64,000 nucleotides of DNA, taken from contig NC_042998.1 of assembly GCF_006345805.1 (NCBI RefSeq), positions 141,298,001 to 141,362,000 on the forward strand. Direction: 5' to 3'. Shown one piece after another: positions 1 through 12,883 of the stretch (its first letter is position 1; every line of letters starts with the position of its first letter). The position numbers were made by a program, and so were the translations under genes. The notes under the pieces are model-generated. The model ran no database searches, was not told the DNA's origin, and worked only from the letters and a program-made list of their open reading frames with translations. The stretch comes from Octopus sinensis (Eukaryota).

Positions 1-280
1 CAACTACGTGGTTTCGGGTTCAGTCCCACCGACGACACTCTGTCTTCCACTTTAGTTCCGGGCCGACCAGTACTTTGTGAACGAATTTAGAGACAGAAAC
101 TGTGAGGAAACTCGGTGTGTGTGTGTGTGTGTCTACACCTCACCGATTGACAACCGACGATGGTTCATTTACGCCACTATGGTATGGTAAAAGAGACCGA
201 TAGAATAAGTACTATGCGCGACTAAATTATTCAAGAGGGTGATCCAGTATGACTGTAGTCCAATGTTGAAAAGAAATAAA
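1..280 (+). mobile_element. tRNA-derived SINE family A, degenerate copy cut by the window start
   Basis: B-box GGTTCAGTCCC, internal (GT)n and 3' body (gacaaccga...gagaccgatagaataagtac) align by eye to the copies at 6045 and 24351. Confidence 0.75.
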
Positions 281-299
281 TGATTAAAAAAATATATTT

Positions 300-485
300 T
301 TCTCTATTTATGGGTACAAGGCTTGGAATTTTAGAGAAGGGCTCTGGTCGATTGTATGGAACCCAGTACTCAAATGGTACTTATTTCATTGACCGCAAAA
401 GGATGAAAGGCAAAGTTGACCTCGGTGGAATTTGAACTGAGAACATAAGACAGGAGAAATGCTGTTAAGTATTTTGTCCTGTGTG
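300..485 (-). mobile_element. tRNA-derived SINE family B, degenerate
   Basis: Reverse complement matches the family B consensus (gagttcaaattcc...gaggtcgactttgcctttcatcc...aagtacca). Confidence 0.8.
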
Positions 486-520
<35 letters not shown>

Positions 521-611
521 ATAATAATAATAATAATAATAATAATTATTATTATTATTATTATTAATTATTATTATTATTATTATTATTATTAATTAAT
601 TAATTTATTTA

Positions 612-2160
612 TTTATTAATATGAATGACCTGAAATTGTTTAGGAAATCTGAGAAACAGATAGACTCCTTAACCAAAACAGTCCAGAAGTGTGGTAGGGA
701 CATCGGTATGGAATTTGGGATTTCCAAATGCTCAGTATTTATTATGAAAAGAGGGAAGAAAGCTGCCTGCAGAAGATTGCTGTTACCATCAGGAGAGACC
801 ATGGGTGAACTCGACGGTAGTGGGTATAGATATTTAGGGATTTTGGAGCTGGGTGACATTCTACACAGAGAAATGAAAGTCAAGGTCAGCGAATGTATCA
901 AAAAAGGGTGAAGATGGTGTTGAAATTCAACCCGAATGCCTAAAATTTGATTACCGTAATGAATAGCTGGGCAGTTGCGGTAGCCAGAGATAGAGCGTCC
1001 ATCCTCAAATGGACTAAGGAGGAAATATCAACACTGGATAGAAGGACGAGAATGTTGATGACACTGCATGGGGTGCTACACCCTAAAGTAAACGTACACA
1101 GACTGTATATGAAAAGAAAGTATGGTGGTAGAGGACTAATTAGCATAGACCATTGTATAAGAAGTGAAAGGAGAACATAAAGGAGAACATTTAATGAGTA
1201 TTTGATAAATAGTGATGAAGACCAACTGCAATATACCGCGAAAGATATGGATGTAAATGCAGATGAAATGATGAGCAAGGAGGAGTATAACCAAAGAGCT
1301 GAGGGAAAGAGTAAAGAAGACCTTCTTGAAATGGGAATGCATGGACAGTTTGAAAGGAATACACAGGACGTAAAGAATAATACAGCATCGTGGGCATAGC
1401 TTGAGTGAGGTGATTTGAAGCGTTCCACCGAAAGCCTGATCATTGCTGCACAAGACCAGGCTCTTGCTACCAAATCAGCGAAGTCTATAAAACTTCTAAC
1501 ACCCAGAAATGCAGACTCTGTGGAAAGAGTGTGAAAAATGTAACCCGCTTGGTAAGTGGATGTGAAAGCCTTGCACAAAAACAATACAAGCGTCACCACG
1601 ATAAAGTGTGTGTGTATCTTCATTGGCTCTTATGCTGTAAATACCAATATGAAGTATCAGAGAACTGGTATGAGCATGTACCAAGTAAAGTTATGCAGGA
1701 GGATGGAAAAGTAACTATACTCTGGGACTTTGATCTTCAGGCGGATCGTGTAATCGAACACCGTCGGCTGGATATTGTCATATTGAATAAGAGAAACAAA
1801 TACTATCAGATCACTGATGTAGCTATACCAAATGATATGAATGTTGTGAGTAAAGAGGTTGAAAAAATCACCAAGTTCTCCGAATTGAAAGTGGAAAGGG
1901 CAAGATTTTTTGGAATGCAAGAAGGTAATGTAAAAGCGATATCAGTGGTGATCGGAGCGTTGGGCACACCCCCACTGAAACTTTAAAACTTTTAAAAGCA
2001 ACTGGAAATCCCATGCAAGATTGATGCCTTGCAAAAAGCAGCCTAATAAGGCACAGCGCATATCTTAAGGAAAGTATTATCTGTCTGAGGTCCTTGTTGT
2101 GACTTGACAGATGACTAAAGACTCCGGTGCATTTTTATCTACACTGTGTTATGACGGAAT
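612..2160 (+). mobile_element. 5'-truncated, frameshifted R4/Dong-type non-LTR retrotransposon (RT C-terminal half, zinc knuckle region, restriction-like endonuclease)
   Basis: ORF fragments MNDLKLF (RT catalytic motif), YRYLGI, HPKVNVHRLYMKRKYGGRGL, YKRHHDKV, ILWDF..DRVIEHRRLDIVI, KITKFSELK; (AAT)n 3' tail; inserted in a TAA array. Confidence 0.9.
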
Positions 2161-2209
2161 AATAATAATAATAATATAATAATAATAATAATAATAATAA
2201 ATAATAATA

Positions 2210-2259
<50 letters not shown>

Positions 2260-2282
2260 AATAATAATAATAATAATGGTGA

Positions 2283-2494
2283 TGGTTTCAAATTTTGCCA
2301 CAAAGGCAGCAATTTTGGGGGAAGGATGAGCCGATTACATCGACCCCAGTGTTCAACTGGTACTTATTTTCTCGATCCCGAAGGATGGAAGGCAAAGTCA
2401 ACTTCAGCAGAATTTGAACTTAGAAAGTAGCGACAGGCGGAATACTACTAAGCACTCCATCTAGCGCCTTAACAATTGTGCCTGCTCTCTGCCT

Positions 2495-2495
<1 letters not shown>
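2283..2495 (-). mobile_element. SINE family B embedded in (TAA)n arrays
   Basis: Matches the family B consensus in reverse. Confidence 0.8.
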
Positions 2496-2525
<30 letters not shown>

Positions 2526-2566
2526 TAATAATAATAATAATAAGAAGAAGAAGAAGAAGAAGAAGA

Positions 2567-2954
2567 AAACAAGTCATAACAATAATAGACAAGGAAAAGC
2601 GAAGATGGTTACTTATTGACCCATCGTGTCGGTTTGATTCCAGGATTGTAAAGAAAGACGATGAAAAATAAAAAAAAATAAAATCCCTTCAAATTTGAAA
2701 TTGCAAGAATTTGGAGTATGAAAACTGTAGAGGTTGTGCCTGTAATAACTGGTGTATTGGTAACTGTGAGTAAAGATATAGACAAATGGTTGGAAGAGAT
2801 TGGAATAGAATGTCTTGTAGAGCTTCCACAGAAAGTTTGCCTTTTAGGGACAGGAAAGATTATCAGATGGGTTTTAAGCACCTGAAAAAACTTATGGAAA
2901 TCTAAGATTACAGTTAGTAATCCGCCAGGAATAAGAACGAACCTGAGTTAAATC

Positions 2955-2955
<1 letters not shown>
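2567..2955 (+). mobile_element. 3' fragment of a second R4/Dong-type LINE family
   Basis: Translates to LKFEIARIWSMKTVEVVPVITGVL...LPQKVCLLGTGKIIRWVLST*, followed by a short 3'UTR and an (AAT)n tail. Confidence 0.8.
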
Positions 2956-3005
<50 letters not shown>

Positions 3006-3029
3006 TCTTTCTACTATAGACACAAGTAA

Positions 3030-3572
3030 TAATACAGGCAGTGGTTCTCATGGCTTTTGATCTTATCTAATTAGAAGTGTTGTTATGTACATGTTTTGTC
3101 CTGGTATAAAAGATGGGCTACAGCAAATATTCTGCTCAATACCACAGATTTGCTTTTCAGTTGCTTGATCTTAACCATTTGAACATGTTCCTTGGTAGTT
3201 GACTATATATGCATTTCTGATCACAAGCAGAAGTAGTGGGGGAACATCATAGCCATGTGTTGAGAAGAATTCTTTGGAGTTTGAATAATTCACCTCTAGA
3301 AACATAGGTGTTTCGTTCATCATCCTTGAAAAAAAAACCTTATTCAAGAATCTTTTGAGCAGGATGGGCTGCTCGACATGAAGAAAAATCTAATTGGGCT
3401 CCACCTGCAAGGTCATGCACTGTTTATCTTGATATGAGGTCCCCATGTCGCGCACATATGGTTGTGATGCATGTTCCTGGTATACCCTTATCAGACGGGT
3501 AGTCACGATGGATAAATTGGGCTTCATATATTTAGACCCCAGTGATGGCATGCACCGCTCTCTCACTCAATA
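3030..3572 (+). mobile_element. Unclassified retroposon 3' end with (AAT)n tail
   Basis: Ends in gctctctcactc(aat)n; its last ~170 bp recur at 42632-42807. Confidence 0.6.
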
Positions 3573-3578
3573 ATAATA

Positions 3579-3634
<56 letters not shown>

Positions 3635-3637
3635 AAT

Positions 3638-5258
3638 AATTTATATATGGATGACCTAAAACTATACGCTACAAATAATAAACGGCTGGAAACACTACTA
3701 CAGACAGTACATGGATTAACCAAAGAAATAGATATGAAATTTGGATTAGAAAAATGTACCAAAGCAACCCTGAAAAGAGGAAAACTAGTTAAGAGTAGCA
3801 ACATCACACTAGATAAAGCCAAGGAAATAAGAGGATTAGACCAAAGCCAGCCATACAAATATTTAGGAATCCATGAACTAGATATGATACAACACACACA
3901 AATGAAAGAGAAAATAAAGAAAGAATATTAATAGACGAGTTAGATCAATATTAAAAACGGAGCTCAATGCTAAAAACAAAATGATAGGTATTAACACTTT
4001 AGCCGTCCCAGTTATAAGTTACAGCTACAATATCCTTAACTGGACACTAAATGAACTAACCAAAATAGGCAGGAAAACAAGAAGAATAATGACAGGATCT
4101 AGGATACACCAAACAAAATCTGACATAGAAAGGCTATATAATACAACGTATAGAAGGTGGTAGAGGCATTATACAGCTGGAAAACTATTATAAAATAACC
4201 ACCATAGAACTGCAAAAATACCCACTTCAGAAGCAAGGAAAAATAATACAAATAGCCACAAAACACGAGCAAAACAAAAAAACTGTTCTCACTATTTAAG
4301 GAAGCTGACAAACACAAACAAGAAATCATACTACCTAACAAATATGAAGAAGAAGAAGAAACAACAAAAGCTATAAAACAAATGAAATCCAAACTAGAAC
4401 AGCAATGGACAATGATAAAACGATGACAAGAAAAGCCCCTTCATGGCAAATACTGGGCTAAACTAAACGTAAAAGAAATAGATAGAGAAAAATCCCAGCA
4501 ATGGTTGAGAAGTAGAGACAGAGGGATTTTTAATTGCAGTACAAGACCAAAGCCGCCCCACCAGAAATTACCCAAAACATATAATGAAAAGAAACATAAC
4601 AAGAATATGTGGAGATGGACAAGAAACAATAAATCATATTATCTCTGGCTGCCCTGTCCTGGCTAAGAAAGAATATATTCACAGACACAACAGAGTTGGG
4701 ACCTACATACACTGGAGCTATGCCAACACTTTGGAATAACAACAGAAAAAAGATGGTATAGGTACACGCCAGAAAAGGTCACAGAAAACGAGAAAGCAAC
4801 CATGCCCTGGGATATGCCAATACACACAGATAGAAAAATTAAGGCCAATAGGCCAGATATAGTTGTCAGAGATTATGAAGAAAAAAATGCTTTCTAATTG
4901 ATGTATCAACACCAGCAGATGACAACGTTTCTCTAAAAGAAATGGAGAAACTTTCAAAATACAAAGACCTGGAAATAGAGGTAACTCGAATGTGGAATCT
5001 AAAAACAAACAATTCCTATCGTAGTAGGCGCATTAGGTGTGATAAAAAAATATTCAGACAAATACATAATAAAAACACCAGGACTTACAAATATATATAA
5101 CATACAGAAAATTGCACTGCTGGGCACTGCACACATCCTACGCAAAACACTTTCAATACAGTAACCATAAGAGCATTACAGCAAACCACAGCATATACCC
5201 AAGGCATACAGAGCTGTGCTCAGTAGTGAAGTGAAAGTACACTATAAAAATAAAACTA

Positions 5259-5262
<4 letters not shown>
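3638..5262 (+). mobile_element. 5'-truncated R4/Dong-type LINE (third family), RT plus restriction-like endonuclease, pseudogenised
   Basis: LYMDDLKLY, KFGLEKC, YKYLGI, ETINHIISGCPVL, YIHRHNRVG, IKANRPDIVV, EKLSKYKDLEIE; (AAT)n tail. Confidence 0.92.
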
Positions 5263-5325
<63 letters not shown>

Positions 5326-5359
5326 TAATGATGATGATGATGATAATAATAATAATAAA

Positions 5360-5585
5360 TGGCGCACTTGGAAGTATCAGCACGCTACCAATATGGCTCA
5401 AAAAGATTGATGCATATGTAAAGACAGAACACCAACAAAAATCAGCATTGCTTGGAACTGCAATAATTCTTCACATGGTTCTTGAAGCATAACCAGTAAA
5501 CAAGTGTCACCTTAGCCTGCTGGCTGTGGACAGCTGATACTTTCCACTATACCCAGCAAAATAAGTTGAGAGTTTTCATTAAACG
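5360..5585 (+). mobile_element. Short 3' fragment of a fourth R4/Dong-type LINE family
   Basis: GALGSISTLPIWLKKI...QQKSALLGTAIILHMVLEA*, followed by a 3'UTR and (TAA)n. Confidence 0.75.
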
Positions 5586-5664
<79 letters not shown>

Positions 5665-6044
5665 TAATAATAATAATAATAATAATTTCTTCTATTAACC
5701 ACAGGGACATACATCAGGAGGACAGTGCCGCATTTACAACCTCTGCAACTGTATTGTTTGACATATGAAAACAAACCCACACACCATTTATTAAAGATAT
5801 GAACGATTTTCACAGTTCATGTCCATACAAATATAAATTAAGCTGTCTTATCAAAAAGTAATGTACTTCACTAAATAAAAGAAAACTTTGAGAGGCATCA
5901 CAAAGAGGAACATCATTTATCGTTTATCTTTCACTCTTGTTTCAGTCATTGGACCGCGGCCTTGCTGGGGTATCAAGCTGCTGCGTAGAGGCTTCCCTTT
6001 TTGACCCATAGAATGCTCGTTTGTTGTTGTTTAGTCACTAGTTA

Positions 6045-6227
6045 GGCGTAGGAGTGGCTGTGTGGTGAGTAGCTTGCTCACCAACCACATGGTTCCGAGT
6101 TCAGTCCCACTACGTGACACCTTGGGCAAGTGTCTTCTGCTATAGCCTCGGGCCGACCAAAGCCTTGTGAGTGGATTTGATATACGGAAACTGAAAGAAG
6201 CTCGTCGTGTATATATATATATATATA

Positions 6228-6262
<35 letters not shown>

Positions 6263-6510
6263 GTGTGTGTGTGTGTGTATGTGTGTGTGTGTGTGTGTGT
6301 GTTTGTGTGTGTGTGTTTCTTCCCCCCAACATCGCTTGACAACCGATGCTGGTGTATTTACGTCCCCGTAACTTAGCGGTTCGGCAAAAGAGACCAATAA
6401 AATAAGTACTAAGCTTACAAAGAATAAGTCCTGGGGTCGATTTGCTCGACTAAAGGTAGTGCTCCAGGATGGCCACAGTCAAACGACTGAAACAATTAAA
6501 AGAAAAAGAG
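6045..6510 (+). mobile_element. SINE family A, full length (octopus tRNA-SINE-like)
   Basis: A-box TGGCTGTGTGG, B-box-like AGTTCAGTCCC, CORE-like gtgacaccttgggcaagtg, internal (TA)n(GT)n and A/G-rich tail. Confidence 0.9.
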
Positions 6511-6744
6511 TTTTGGCTGACCAAAACTTATGATTATAGACACTCCAACAATAACTCTACCATCTTGTCTTCGGGTACCATGTAACCAAGTTCACATTAT
6601 CAATGTATCATTCCATATTTTTTTTGGTCCTTCGACGGCAAAGTGTAATCTGAAGTAAATTTACTTCCATTTCAAGCAAATCAAGAAACTTTTCTCGTAG
6701 GCAACCTTTTTTGAATTGCAGTATGTTTATATTCTTTTCAAAAT

Positions 6745-6876
6745 TTGGTGGCACACGTGAACTAAAAATACAACTGAAAGTATAAGGGGAAAAATATATT
6801 CAGGTTACACTGCGGAACACCTAGCATCATCTCGTGGCACACCAGTATGCAGCGAAATACTAGTTGCGGAGCACTG
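6745..6876. mobile_element. Degenerate hAT/Charlie-like MITE fragment
   Basis: gcggaacac...gtggcacaccagt...gttgcggagcactg resembles the end of the MITE at 51568-51768. Confidence 0.4.
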
Positions 6877-7420
6877 GTCTAGAGACATGTTATTACTAGT
6901 TTTGCGTTACTGATGACAGCAAAAGACGATGTTATTGTCGAAAAGTTAATGAACTTCAAACAGATATCAGCCAATAGTGACAGGAGCCAGATCTTTTCTT
7001 CGCCTCAAATGAGTGAAAATGACACTTCGTTAATTTGAACGAAAAACTAAAACGTTTGGTGTAAAATCTACAAGACAAATATTCTGTATTTTCTTCAGAA
7101 TTACAAAATGACAAAGTTGGCAGAAATATATGGTTAGATGTCGTTTTTTGTTTTTGTTTTTGTTTTTGTTTTTTACTTTTTTCGAAGAGAATTTTGGCAA
7201 GAGAAGACGAGGATCCAACCACTTATTGCCAGTCGCGGCGCGATTGTGTGTGTGTATGTGTGCGCGCGTGTGAGTATATTGGTTAATACACTGTCTACGG
7301 AAGGGAGAGGTAGAGGCGGTTAAACACTGGCATTCGATCAAAATTCAAATGTCTGATCAGCGCATTATATTGTATTATAGATATGATAGTATTAATAATG
7401 ATGATGATGATGACGACGAA

Positions 7421-7490
<70 letters not shown>

Positions 7491-7869
7491 AATTAAGCCA
7501 GTGATGACTGGCGATAGTGTGTCTAGTCAAGATAAATTATATCTGTAATTGTCCATATATGTTACTTGCATTTATTATTATTATCATTATTATTGATTAT
7601 CTTGTTTACTTTTAATCCAGTGTCTGTCTTTCAGTAAAAGACCTTGACAGGAAAAATGGAATAAAATAAAATTACCGTATTTGACGTCATGTAAAACACT
7701 TTGTTTATTCAAAAAAAAAAAAAAAAATCTCTTAAAATCACACCGGATCCTAAATTCGAAGTTGGGCTTTCCATATGCCATTTTTGCCCCTGATGCTTAC
7801 TGCTATAGGCTAATTTTAATGCAGCTGTCCCTTCTATCTAGCTTGAGTCCACACTATTAAGAAGTTTTT

Positions 7870-8035
7870 CTTTTATAGGTGCAAAGCTAGAAAGTTGAGA
7901 AGTTTGTGGATTATATCGACCACAGTGCTCAACCAGGTACTTATTTTATCAGCCCCGGCGGAATTTGAACTCAGAAGCGAAGCTAGAATAAATGTTACTA
8001 TGCATTTTCTCTCGCGTGCAAGCGATTCCTGGTCA
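7870..8035 (-). mobile_element. SINE family B, degenerate
   Basis: ggtacttattttatc...ggcggaatttgaactcagaa. Confidence 0.7.
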
Positions 8036-8334
8036 CTGATGTTTATCTCGCTCTGATACATATCGTATTTTTAGCACATGTCTATGAAGAGATTTTCTCT
8101 CGAAGAGAAAACCACAGCATATTACCTGTCAACAGTTTATGTACGCTTAGTATGATACATAGGTAGCTATTTATTTCCTAACTTGAACGACAGACGGAAG
8201 GCGCTAAGTGGTATGATAGGTAATACGGCTCCCAAGGATGTTACAAATACTAATAGGTTCAAATATCATTAGAAATATCTTGCTTTTTCGGTGCTGAATT
8301 ATTCTTATAATGTTTTACATCATACATGTTTATT

Positions 8335-8735
8335 TTTTTGACATTGTTTCAGACATTAGATAGCGGCCATGTTGGGGCATCGCCTCGAAGGATTTAGTCG
8401 AACAGACTGACGCCAGTACTTTTTTAAAGTCTATTTATTCTTTAGATGCCTTTTGCCATGAGACGCAAACAAACCAGCACTGTACGTAAACGAACTAACA
8501 CCGGTTGTCAAGCAGTGGGAGGCATGTACAAACACAAAGACACACATACAAACACATATACGAATGGCTTCCACACAGTTTCCATCTACCAAATTAATTC
8601 ACTAGGTATTGGTTGGGCTACAGTACAAGACACTTGCCTAAGGTGTCACGCTGTGAGATTCACCTGGAAAAAAATAGATAAAAAAGTAAAGCACGTGATT
8701 GCAAAGCAAGCTTCTTAACCACAAAGCCATGTCTG
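8335..8735 (-). mobile_element. SINE family A, degenerate
   Basis: Reverse-complement match to family A head and tail. Confidence 0.8.
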
Positions 8736-9151
8736 TTGCTATTTTTAATTTCGACCTTAAATTCCCAAATCTTTAATGTAATTCTTCCTTAGAGAAATCA
8801 TCTTTCACACCCATGAACTTCTGGCTTGTTAGACTCAAGCCGACGAACGTCACGTACAAAAAAAAAAAAATCTGCCACGTGACCATGTATCATCTCTGCT
8901 TGACAGCCAACGGCTATTCTGAATCAAAGATGGTGACGAACAGTGTAGTGCTTTTAGTTCTTGATTTAGAATGAGGTCTGTGTATTTCCTGTCATTGATT
9001 GTGGTGCTGTATCATTTACTCGTTTCGTTTTTTTTTCCTCTTCTGTCGGTAACTGAGGATTGTTTCCTCTGAGAATAATAGACTGCTAACGAGCTTCACA
9101 CACACACACACAAATATATATACACACACACAAATATATACACACACACAA

Positions 9152-9205
<54 letters not shown>

Positions 9206-9269
9206 ATGCATGTGCATATATATTTACATGTGTGTGCAAAAAATGTATCTGTACATACATTCATATCTA

Positions 9270-9370
<101 letters not shown>

Positions 9371-9386
9371 CATGCATATATATGTG

Positions 9387-9419
<33 letters not shown>

Positions 9420-9574
9420 TTATATACATGCATGAACATATGAATATGTATATACATGTATACATAGTTATATATATTTCTCTCTCATTTACTCTCTCTG
9501 CATGTATGTCTGTATATATATATATATACAAATAATACACACACATGCGCGCGCACACACACACACACACACAT

Positions 9575-9733
9575 AGGTGCAGGAGTGGCTTTGTGGTAAG
9601 TAGGTTGCTTACCAACCACATGGTTCAGGGTTCAGTCCCACTGCGTGGCACCTTGGGCAAGTGACTTCTACTCTAGCCTCGGGTCAACCAAAGCCTTGTG
9701 GGTAGATTTGGTAGACGGAAACCTAAAAGAATC

Positions 9734-9795
<62 letters not shown>

Positions 9796-10012
9796 TGTAT
9801 ATGTTTGTGTGTCTGTGTTTGTCCCCGTTCCCCACCATCGCTTGACCACCGACGTTGGTGTGTTTACAGTCCCATGACATAGCAGTTCGGCAAAAGGGAC
9901 CGACAGAATAAGTACTAGGCTTACAAAGAATAGTCCTGAGGTCGATTCGTTCGACACAAGGCGGTGCTCCAGCATGGCCGCAATCAAATGACTGAAACAA
10001 ATAACAATAAAA
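9575..10012 (+). mobile_element. SINE family A, full length
   Basis: A and B boxes, internal (GT)n and conserved 3' body. Confidence 0.9.
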
Positions 10013-10402
10013 GAACACTTTTATATATACACACACATATTCGTACATACATGCAAGCATGTAATGTATGTATGTATGTATGTATGTATGTAGTCGAGCA
10101 GTATATTCCTGGTTATGATGTATAACCGGTCAAAAATTTACCATTAGTTTCGTGTCTTTTGTTCGTTTTCTGGTTTGCAAGCGTGGAAGACCACGTTCCA
10201 AAATGAATTTTCTGTTATGAGTGCAACCGCCAAAAATTTCACTTTTAAGCTCAAGAAATCACTCGAATCACACGAATTGTTTTAGGAATGTTATCCCCTC
10301 AGTCAATCAGCCAGCTCAGATTCTCTTTGAGCGTGTGTTTTTTATGTCGTATGGACAACTGGCTGATATATGTATATGCGTATTTAAGATATATTTAAGA
10401 TA

Positions 10403-10457
<55 letters not shown>

Positions 10458-10601
10458 ATACTCACAGACATGCACACGTGCGCGCATTCAGGTACACTCC
10501 TCTGCACGCACGCACACACACATAACTTCTGTTTATTTATGCTTTGCCATACAAAAATATAAATTTTATCAGTTTCGCTAATGTAGTAGTAATAATAAGA
10601 G

Positions 10602-10635
<34 letters not shown>

Positions 10636-11469
10636 TGTTGTTGTTTTACTCAAGATCTGCTTCCATCGGGTAGACTTATTGTTGAATGCGTTCCAGACGT
10701 GGCAATCCGGACATTTTCGGTCAAACAATATATACATATAACGCCATATAATCCCAGTATATCGCCTTTTTCATATGACAGGACATGATTTGAAAGAAAT
10801 TTGGTTGCTAATTGTAATAGATCGATTGACCATGTGGACTCTCTCTCAGTCTATGGTATAATTCGTAGTAACCAACGTATGTATGTATGTATGTATGTAT
10901 GTATGTATGTATGTATGTATGTATGTATGTATGTGTGTGCGTATGTATGCATGTATGTATGGATGGATGCGAAGATGTGTAGATTTATGTATGTATGTTT
11001 GTGTGCATTTGTATATGTATGTATTTTCGTATGTATTCTTGTTTCATTTCTCTTTTTCGTGCAAGGCTGGTTGCACGAAACCTTTAGGTATTGATTTGTA
11101 ATCCTAGTTACTATATAAATATAATTCTCCACATGCACACACATAAACGCGCTCACATACATGAACATACACACACTCACACATACACGGTGGCCTATCA
11201 CCGAACTCTATCCACTGGCTTTCGGGACTGAAACATTCCATTAAAGTCTGTGGTTGCTAAGTGATCCATCAATATAAAACTTAACATTTGACCTTGGAGT
11301 TAAATTCGATCGATATTTACCATATTAAATTCCCATGTGTGGCGAGTTTCTTTGGCAAAGATAGAAGCTCCTGGCAAGCCGATTCAGTGAGACGGTTTCG
11401 AATCTTTTTAGAAATATTTCGTAAAGAAGAAACAACCACATGGATAAGGATTTTGAGACACTAACCAAC

Positions 11470-11960
11470 AAGAAATATTTCTGGACAGTACACTAAATTC
11501 TACGTTATTTGTCTATATAATTTTCAGGAAGTGACAAAATATATTGAAATATTAGCCCGAAAACTGTTTGCAGACAGAAGTTAAATTCTACGTTATCTCA
11601 GTGAACATAATTTTCAGAAATAATCTCAAGGTGTTTAAATATTATCTTGTGTGTCTTATTGTGTGATTGGTTATAATTTGAGAGAAATTTTGTTGCTATC
11701 TCTAGCAGAACCGTTGACATCGTAGAGTTTGTCTTACATTACCTCTACACTGTGCCAGTCTACGTAGTTTCCGGGAATAGACTAAAGGTATTGAAACAGC
11801 AACCTTCAAACTATGTTTCTGGATAGAACACTAAATACAATGCTTGTTCAGTCTATATAATTTTCAGAATAGACACAAGGTGATAAAATTCTACTGACAC
11901 AATACTTATTTCCACATTTTCTCAGTCTACATAGTTTCAGAAATAGACACAAAGCTATAT
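11470..11960. repeat. Degenerate tandem repeat, about 5 units sharing cagtcta(t/c)ataattttcagaaatagacacaagg
   Basis: Motif recurs near 11510, 11600, 11756, 11849 and 11924. Confidence 0.6.
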
Positions 11961-12039
11961 GCAATAAACTATCTGTTTCAGACCAAAAACCAGAACTTTT
12001 TGGATCCAGTTAAAAGTTATTTACTTATCGAAGTCAGTT

Positions 12040-12385
12040 TAATTCACTATAAAGTAGAATAATGTCTTATTTTGGTTGAATATATTAGAATATATTTAGG
12101 TAATGCAAACAGTTAAAGACTGAAGATTTTACTCGCAATAAAATCGTGTTTCTCAGGATATGAGTGGTATCCTGAGTGTAGTTGATCGGAATTGCATATA
12201 AAACGAAATGCTTATTTTTCACCAATTGAAATAAGTTGAATAATTACTTAGTTTGGTTGGATATATTGAATATGCATATAATAGTTAATGCAAGCAGTTA
12301 ATTCTGAGTTTTGCTAACAATGAAAACATGTTTCTGGGGATGCATATGGTGTCTCAAGTACAATAGATTGGAATTGCATAAAATA
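12040..12385. repeat. Old tandem duplication of ~180 bp
   Basis: tttggttg(a/g)atatatt...taatgcaa(a/g)cagttaa...gtttct...ggaattgcata occurs twice. Confidence 0.65.
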
Positions 12386-12467
12386 TAATATATAAAAAAG
12401 AAAAAAAGACAGGCTAAAGAATAGATAAGATATCCAATGCTTCATACGCAAACACACACACACACAT

Positions 12468-12501
<34 letters not shown>

Positions 12502-12709
12502 CCACATACATAACTACTTCGACACGGGAACTTACTAATACAAGTTATTCTTGCTAAAGCAAAGCGGACAGTGATATGATTTAATATAATTTAATGTAAT
12601 ATAATTTAATATATAATATACAACAAAGTATGTATACGCATGTTACGCGCGCGAAAGAGTACATGCACAGACACACAGACACAGACACACACACACACAC
12701 ACACACACA

Positions 12710-12818
12710 CATGATAGTGAGAAATGTTCTCCATGAGAAAATACAGTGAACAGCTTTCATACGGTTTCGAATATGCCCCAAGCATATTTCAACCGGTAAC
12801 AAGTTTGTATTTATAAAC
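12710..12818 (-). repeat. ~100 bp interspersed repeat; inverted homolog at 53658-53745
   Basis: Reverse complement aligns to 53658-53745; contains the hairpin AATATGC-ttggg-GCATATT. Confidence 0.75.
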
Positions 12819-12843
12819 ATCACTGGTTAGCGCTTCTATTCCG

Positions 12844-12882
<39 letters not shown>

Positions 12883-12883
<1 letters not shown>

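Noticed and set aside
6045-6125. tRNA-like sequences with A and B boxes at SINE heads
   Set aside because: No cloverleaf or acceptor stem; they are SINE Pol III promoters continuing into SINE bodies
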